Of a DNA stretch of 64,000 nt, positions 57,288 to 64,000 are shown in pieces (position 1 is the first letter of the stretch; each line of letters starts with the position of its first letter). The stretch is from an uncultured bacterium (GTDB lineage Bacteria; RBG-13-61-14; DATKZS01): the NCBI GenBank assembly GCA_964650485.1, contig CAZYTX010000006.1, positions 38,660 to 102,659 of the forward strand. Direction: 5' to 3'. Position numbers and translations under genes: made by a program. The notes under the pieces are model-generated. The model had not been told where the DNA came from. It saw only the letters and a program-made list of their open reading frames with translations, and ran no database searches.

Positions 57288-58421
57288 ATGAAGATTATTG
57301 ATGTCGAGGCCTGGCTCTGCCATTACCACCTTCCCGCCACTTTCTTTCCCACCTGGATACCGGGCTACCCGCAGGCTGACAACTCCTGCCTGCTGCTCAC
57401 CCTCAAGACCGACGAGGGCATCGAGGGTTACGCCGCGGGTGTGGGCTTTCTGGACGAGAGCAAGGGGCTGATGTCGCTTTTGCGTCCATTCGTCATGAAC
57501 CGGGACCCCTTCCAGGTGGAGGATTTCATACGGCTGCTGCGGAGCGCAAACTTCCTGGGCTACAGGGGGTTCTTCGTGGAGCTTGCCATGTGGGACATCA
57601 TCGGCAAGGCCGCGGGCCTGCCCGTATACAAGCTGTGGGGTGGATGGCGGGACCGCATACCCGCCTACGCCAGCACCGGCGAGCTGCACGAGCCTGACAA
57701 GCGGGTGGAAGAGGTGTTGAAGCTGAAAGAGATGGGTTTCAAGGGAGTGAAGCTTCGGGTGAAGTCTGATGATATAGCCCCCGACGTGGCGGTTGTGGAG
57801 CTGGTGCGCGAGGCCGTGGGCCCTGAGATGGACATCATGGTTGACGCCAACCAGGGCTGGCCCATACACGGGTTCGGCCCCTACCCTGTGTGGACGGTAA
57901 AGCGCGCCATTGACACCTCGCGTTACTATGAGGAGCTGGGAGTGCGCTGGCTTGAGGAGCCGCTTTACAAGCACGACTACGAGGGGTACGCAAGGCTCCG
58001 GGAGGCCACCACCGTGCCCATAGCCGGTGGCGAGTTCAACGTGGACCTGCACGAGTTCCGGGACCTTATAACCAACGGGTGCCTGGACGTGCTCCAGCCC
58101 GACGCCACCATATCCACGGGCATGTGGAACTCCCGCAAGGTGGCTGGCATGGCCGAGGCCCACGGGCTCGAGTTCAGCCCCCATACCTGGACCAACGGAC
58201 TCGGGTTCGCGGCCAACCTGCAACTCATGGCCGCGACGCCCAACTGCCCCTATTGCGAGTTCCCCTACGAGCCCCCGGCGTGGGTGCCGGAGGCCCGGGA
58301 CTTCATGCTGGCGGAGCCCTTCATGATAGACAAGGAGGGGTTCGTGAACCTGCCGGACAAGCCGGGCCTGGGCGTGGAGCTTGACATGGACAGGATCAAG
58401 TTCTGCGGGGAGAAGCTCTGA
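57288..58421 (+). CDS. Enolase-superfamily enzyme (mandelate racemase / muconate lactonizing enzyme family).
   Basis: VKLRVK, DANQGW and EEP are the metal-ligand and catalytic motifs. The TIM-barrel length fits. Confidence 0.8.
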   Translation: MKIIDVEAWLCHYHLPATFFPTWIPGYPQADNSCLLLTLKTDEGIEGYAAGVGFLDESKGLMSLLRPFVMNRDPFQVEDFIRLLRSANFLGYRGFFVELAMWDIIGKAAGLPVYKLWGGWRDRIPAYASTGELHEPDKRVEEVLKLKEMGFKGVKLRVKSDDIAPDVAVVELVREAVGPEMDIMVDANQGWPIHGFGPYPVWTVKRAIDTSRYYEELGVRWLEEPLYKHDYEGYARLREATTVPIAGGEFNVDLHEFRDLITNGCLDVLQPDATISTGMWNSRKVAGMAEAHGLEFSPHTWTNGLGFAANLQLMAATPNCPYCEFPYEPPAWVPEARDFMLAEPFMIDKEGFVNLPDKPGLGVELDMDRIKFCGEKL

Positions 58422-58432
58422 GCCAGGGAGCT

Positions 58433-59305
58433 TTGCCGGCCAGCCCGACCATGGAAAAAAGCGACAAGCACGGAGCATCTTTTATCGCCGCGGCTGTCAT
58501 GTTCACACTGGGAGCGCTCCTCCTTATCCTCAACCTGGCCGGTCTTTTCATCCCTCTCAGGAACCCGGACATCTACACCGAGCCCGGGGCCTTGTGGAAG
58601 GAAGACGTGACCCTTAGCCCGGAGGAGTTCGAGCGTCTGATTCCACGGAGAGAGGGCGAGTCCGGGCTCGACTACATTAAGCGGGCGAACTCCCTGGTGA
58701 ACCGGGCCGTGGCCCATTTCTGGCCGAACGACGGGCTCCTCGCATACAGGCTCACCGTGCCCCCGTGGGAGAACTATATACTATTTATTATGAGGTGCGT
58801 CGAGCCGGAGTACTTTAAAAGGTACGAGTTCTCCGACTGGAGGAGGGGGGCCGAGCGGGGTCTTGGGCTGTGCTCGCAGCACGCGGTGATACTGAGCGCG
58901 GTGCTTAGGGACTACAACGTGGACTCTTATATCCTGGCCCTGGGAGGCCACGTGGTGGTCCGGGCCAGGGCGGAGGAGGGGTGGGTGATCGCGGACCCCG
59001 ACTTCGGGGTGTTCATACCGCACGACATCATGGAAGTAATGGCAAGGCCGCAAATAGTTAAGAAATATTACCAGGGCGCTGAGTCCAGGTCCAAGCGGCC
59101 CTCATCGGTCTACACTCCCGAACGGCTCGCAAAGATTTACGGTCCTCATGGAAACGTGACCTCGGACAAGCTCTACTACCTCCACAGCATGGAACGATAC
59201 TCATACGCAGCCATATGGATACTGCCTCTTATTTTGATAGCGCCCCTTGCCTTATGGTTCATAAGAAGGGCCTTCACGGCCCGGAAGAAGCAGGGCGGAG
59301 GCTAA
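58433..59305 (+). CDS. Membrane-anchored transglutaminase-like (Cys-His-Asp) superfamily protein.
   Basis: The ORF has an N-terminal TM helix. GLCSQHAVILSAVL (Cys), GGHVVVRA (His) and WVIADPD (Asp) are spaced as in the TGc core. A C-terminal TM helix follows. Confidence 0.4.
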   Translation: MPASPTMEKSDKHGASFIAAAVMFTLGALLLILNLAGLFIPLRNPDIYTEPGALWKEDVTLSPEEFERLIPRREGESGLDYIKRANSLVNRAVAHFWPNDGLLAYRLTVPPWENYILFIMRCVEPEYFKRYEFSDWRRGAERGLGLCSQHAVILSAVLRDYNVDSYILALGGHVVVRARAEEGWVIADPDFGVFIPHDIMEVMARPQIVKKYYQGAESRSKRPSSVYTPERLAKIYGPHGNVTSDKLYYLHSMERYSYAAIWILPLILIAPLALWFIRRAFTARKKQGGG

Positions 59306-59345
59306 TATACGTTTTCGCAACAAGCATCAATTAGTAAAGTACCGT

Positions 59346-62096
<2,751 letters not shown>

Positions 62097-62244
62097 GTCC
62101 TTGTCAACTTATTAGCCATAAAAATGCAGTTTAAACGCCAGCATACGCCAAGGAAGCCAGGTTATTGAATTTTTCACTCGGTGGCCTTGCACGAGATCTT
62201 GAACCATAGCCTGATTTCAAGCACAAATGAAAAAAATATAAGAT

Positions 62245-62278
62245 TCTTGGCGTTCCTTGGCGCCCTTGGCGGCTTGGC
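62245..62278. repeat. Four phased direct repeats of CTTGGCG.
   Basis: Copies start at 62245, 62255, 62264 and 62272. An inverted copy CGCCAAG lies at 62146-62152. The array sits between the pilT-like stop and the alaS start. Confidence 0.55.
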
Positions 62279-62311
62279 GTTTTAATTGGTCCAGGCCTTT
62301 ATTCCTGGGAA

Positions 62312-63598
62312 TTAGAAGCGCTCGATGAGCAGGTCGTCCGGCGGAGCGGATCCTCCCTCCTGTCCCCCGCCTTCCTGGTCCTCTCCTTCGCCGCCCCCCT
62401 CGAAGTCGGACCATATCTGGGAGTCCCTTCCCCCGGATACACCGCTGACTTTCAGCTTGAAGTCGTCCGGGTTGGTGCTTTGCCTGAGAGCCTCCTCGAA
62501 TGTCACCAGCTTGTTCCTGTAGAGTATCATCAAGGACTGGTCAAAGGTCTGCATGCCGTATATCTGGTGACCGGTTGCTATTGCGTCCCTGATCTCCTTG
62601 GTGCGGTCCTTGTCCTCGATGCACTCTCTTATCCTGCCGGTGCTTACCAGGACCTCGACCGCGGGCACCCGGCCTTTGCCGTCCGCCCTTGGGACCAGCC
62701 GCTGGGAGATGACGCCCTTGATTATCCCCGATAGCTGAAGCCGCACCTGCTTCTGCTGGTATGGGGGAAAGGCTGTAACGATCCTGGTAATGGTCTCGGT
62801 GGCGTCAATGGTATGGAGGGTGGACAGCACCAGGTGACCGGTCTCGGCCGCGGTGAGTGCGGTCTCGATGGTCTCGATGTCTCTCATCTCGCCAACCAGT
62901 ATAACGTCCGGGTCCTGGCGCAGGGCGCTCTTGAGCGAGGTTGCAAACCCGGTGGTGTCAAAGCCCACCTCCCGCTGGTTAACGATGCTCCTCTTGTCGC
63001 GGTGCAGGAACTCGATGGGGTCCTCGATGGTCACGATGTGCGCGGTCTTGGCCGAGTTTATAAGGTCTATTATGGCGGCCAGGGTGGTGGACTTTCCCGA
63101 GCCGGTGGTCCCGGTTACCAGGATCAGTCCCCTGCTTTCGTTCGCTATCTTGCCGATGACCGGAGGCAGGTTAAGCTGCTCCAGGTTGAGGATGTTGAAG
63201 GGGATCACCCGGAGCACCACCCCTATGGTGCCGCGCTGCTGGAAGATGTTGACGCGGAAGCGGCCCAGGCCGGGCACGCCGTATGCCAGGTCAATCTCCA
63301 TGAACTCGCGGAACTTCTCCTGCTGGCCCTTGTTCATGATGCCGAAGGCCATGCGGTTGACTATGTCCGGGGTGAGGCGCGGCGCTTCCTTGTAGGGGTA
63401 GAGCGCTCCGTCAATCCTGAAGATGGGCGGAAGTCCCGCCTTGATGTGGATGTCGGATGCGCCGGCCTTGTGTGCCACCTTGAGTATGTCGTTGAGCTCC
63501 AGGGCGCCTGATTTTGCCTGCTGGCCTCCAGCAGCTCCCTTGGGCGGGGCATCTGTTGTCATCTCAATCTCCTTGTCCTGGTTTTGCTTTTCTAACAT
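62312..63598 (-). CDS. pilT: PilT/PilU-family type IV pilus retraction ATPase with N- and C-terminal extensions.
   Basis: The Walker A is LVTGTTGSGKSTTLAAII. The ORF has the Asp box, His box and the PilT-type AIRNLIRE-like region (AIATGHQIYGMQTFDQSL). At 428 aa it is longer than the usual ~350 aa, with an acidic Gly-rich tail. Confidence 0.85.
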   Translation of the reverse strand: MLEKQNQDKEIEMTTDAPPKGAAGGQQAKSGALELNDILKVAHKAGASDIHIKAGLPPIFRIDGALYPYKEAPRLTPDIVNRMAFGIMNKGQQEKFREFMEIDLAYGVPGLGRFRVNIFQQRGTIGVVLRVIPFNILNLEQLNLPPVIGKIANESRGLILVTGTTGSGKSTTLAAIIDLINSAKTAHIVTIEDPIEFLHRDKRSIVNQREVGFDTTGFATSLKSALRQDPDVILVGEMRDIETIETALTAAETGHLVLSTLHTIDATETITRIVTAFPPYQQKQVRLQLSGIIKGVISQRLVPRADGKGRVPAVEVLVSTGRIRECIEDKDRTKEIRDAIATGHQIYGMQTFDQSLMILYRNKLVTFEEALRQSTNPDDFKLKVSGVSGGRDSQIWSDFEGGGEGEDQEGGGQEGGSAPPDDLLIERF

Positions 63599-63662
63599 GC
63601 AATATCAGGGGGGCTGTCCCCCTTTCAAATACCTGCCATTGTGTATTATTTTAGCGCATTGT

Positions 63663-64000
63663 TCAATCCATTTCATCCGCACCTGCCAGGCGGGCTCCTT
63701 CTGTCGAGTAGAGGGATTTGATCTCATCCTCGATGGCTTTTGCCACCTCCGGGTGCTCCTTGAGAAACGCCTTTGCGTTCTCGCGGCCCTGACCTATCCT
63801 CTCGTCCCTGAAAGAGTACCAGGCGCCTGTCTTGTCCACCACCTTGAGATCCGAGCCCATGTCCAGAAGCTCGCCCTCCCGGGAGATGCCCTCTCCGTAC
63901 ATCACGTCGAACTCGGTCTGCCTGAACGGCGGCGCCAGCTTGTTCTTTACCACCTTGACCCTTGTCCTGCTCCCGATGATGTCGTTACCTTGTTTTATCT
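63663..64000 (-). CDS. recA: Recombinase RecA, C-terminal part (the start lies beyond the window end).
   Basis: [32 protein letters not shown] is the conserved RecA C-terminal region, and the ORF is open to the window edge. Confidence 0.9.
   Translation of the reverse strand, partial: IKQGNDIIGSRTRVKVVKNKLAPPFRQTEFDVMYGEGISREGELLDMGSDLKVVDKTGAWYSFRDERIGQGRENAKAFLKEHPEVAKAIEDEIKSLYSTEGARLAGADEMD

Noticed and set aside
57111-58478. A 455-aa minus-strand ORF.
   Set aside because: It is fully antisense to the enolase-superfamily gene (57288..58421), which has the clear catalytic motifs. The antisense translation is Leu/Val/Pro/His-rich.

Overview
This is a gene-dense, GC-rich chromosomal segment that reads as a core housekeeping region of an anaerobic bacterium, possibly Desulfobacterota/Myxococcota-like. 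The evidence for the anaerobic, delta-like lineage is the 2-oxoacid:ferredoxin oxidoreductase operon, an AcsE-like methyltransferase, a RomR-like polarity regulator, a PilT ATPase and an MCP. There are about 60 protein genes and one clear RNA gene: RNase P RNA (rnpB) on the minus strand at about 5119-5483, which the ORF track covers only with spurious ORFs. Recognisable genes include valS, a gap-pgk-tpiA glycolytic operon, an EF-G paralog, mutS, ftsY, alaS, a pilT-like ATPase and the 3' end of recA. Also present are a four-subunit POR/KOR/VOR-type oxidoreductase operon with an ACT-domain gene, an AcsE-like CH3-THF methyltransferase, cysE, SpoIID/LytB and M23 peptidases, an MCP, a tandem-CheW protein, a GMC oxidoreductase, a radical SAM enzyme, two GH-D-like secreted hydrolases flanking a YfhO-like membrane protein and a phosphohexomutase, and two MBL-fold hydrolases. 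I found no transposases, integrases, CRISPR arrays or tRNAs. The candidates for something new are: (1) an unusual single-ORF fusion of a cation-diffusion-facilitator transmembrane domain to an HflK-like SPFH domain, followed by separate HflC-like and HflK-like genes; (2) a RomR-like response regulator with a very long acidic Pro-rich tail carrying about 11 copies of a D-hydrophobic-[F/W]-x-x-P motif, immediately downstream of a tandem-CheW protein; (3) a tandem pair of paralogous small Cys-containing ORFs with direct repeats upstream; (4) two copies of a roughly 55-nt hairpin-containing intergenic repeat; and (5) phased CTTGGCG heptamer repeats upstream of alaS. All functional calls come from reading the translations by eye for motifs and family resemblance; nothing was searched against a database.
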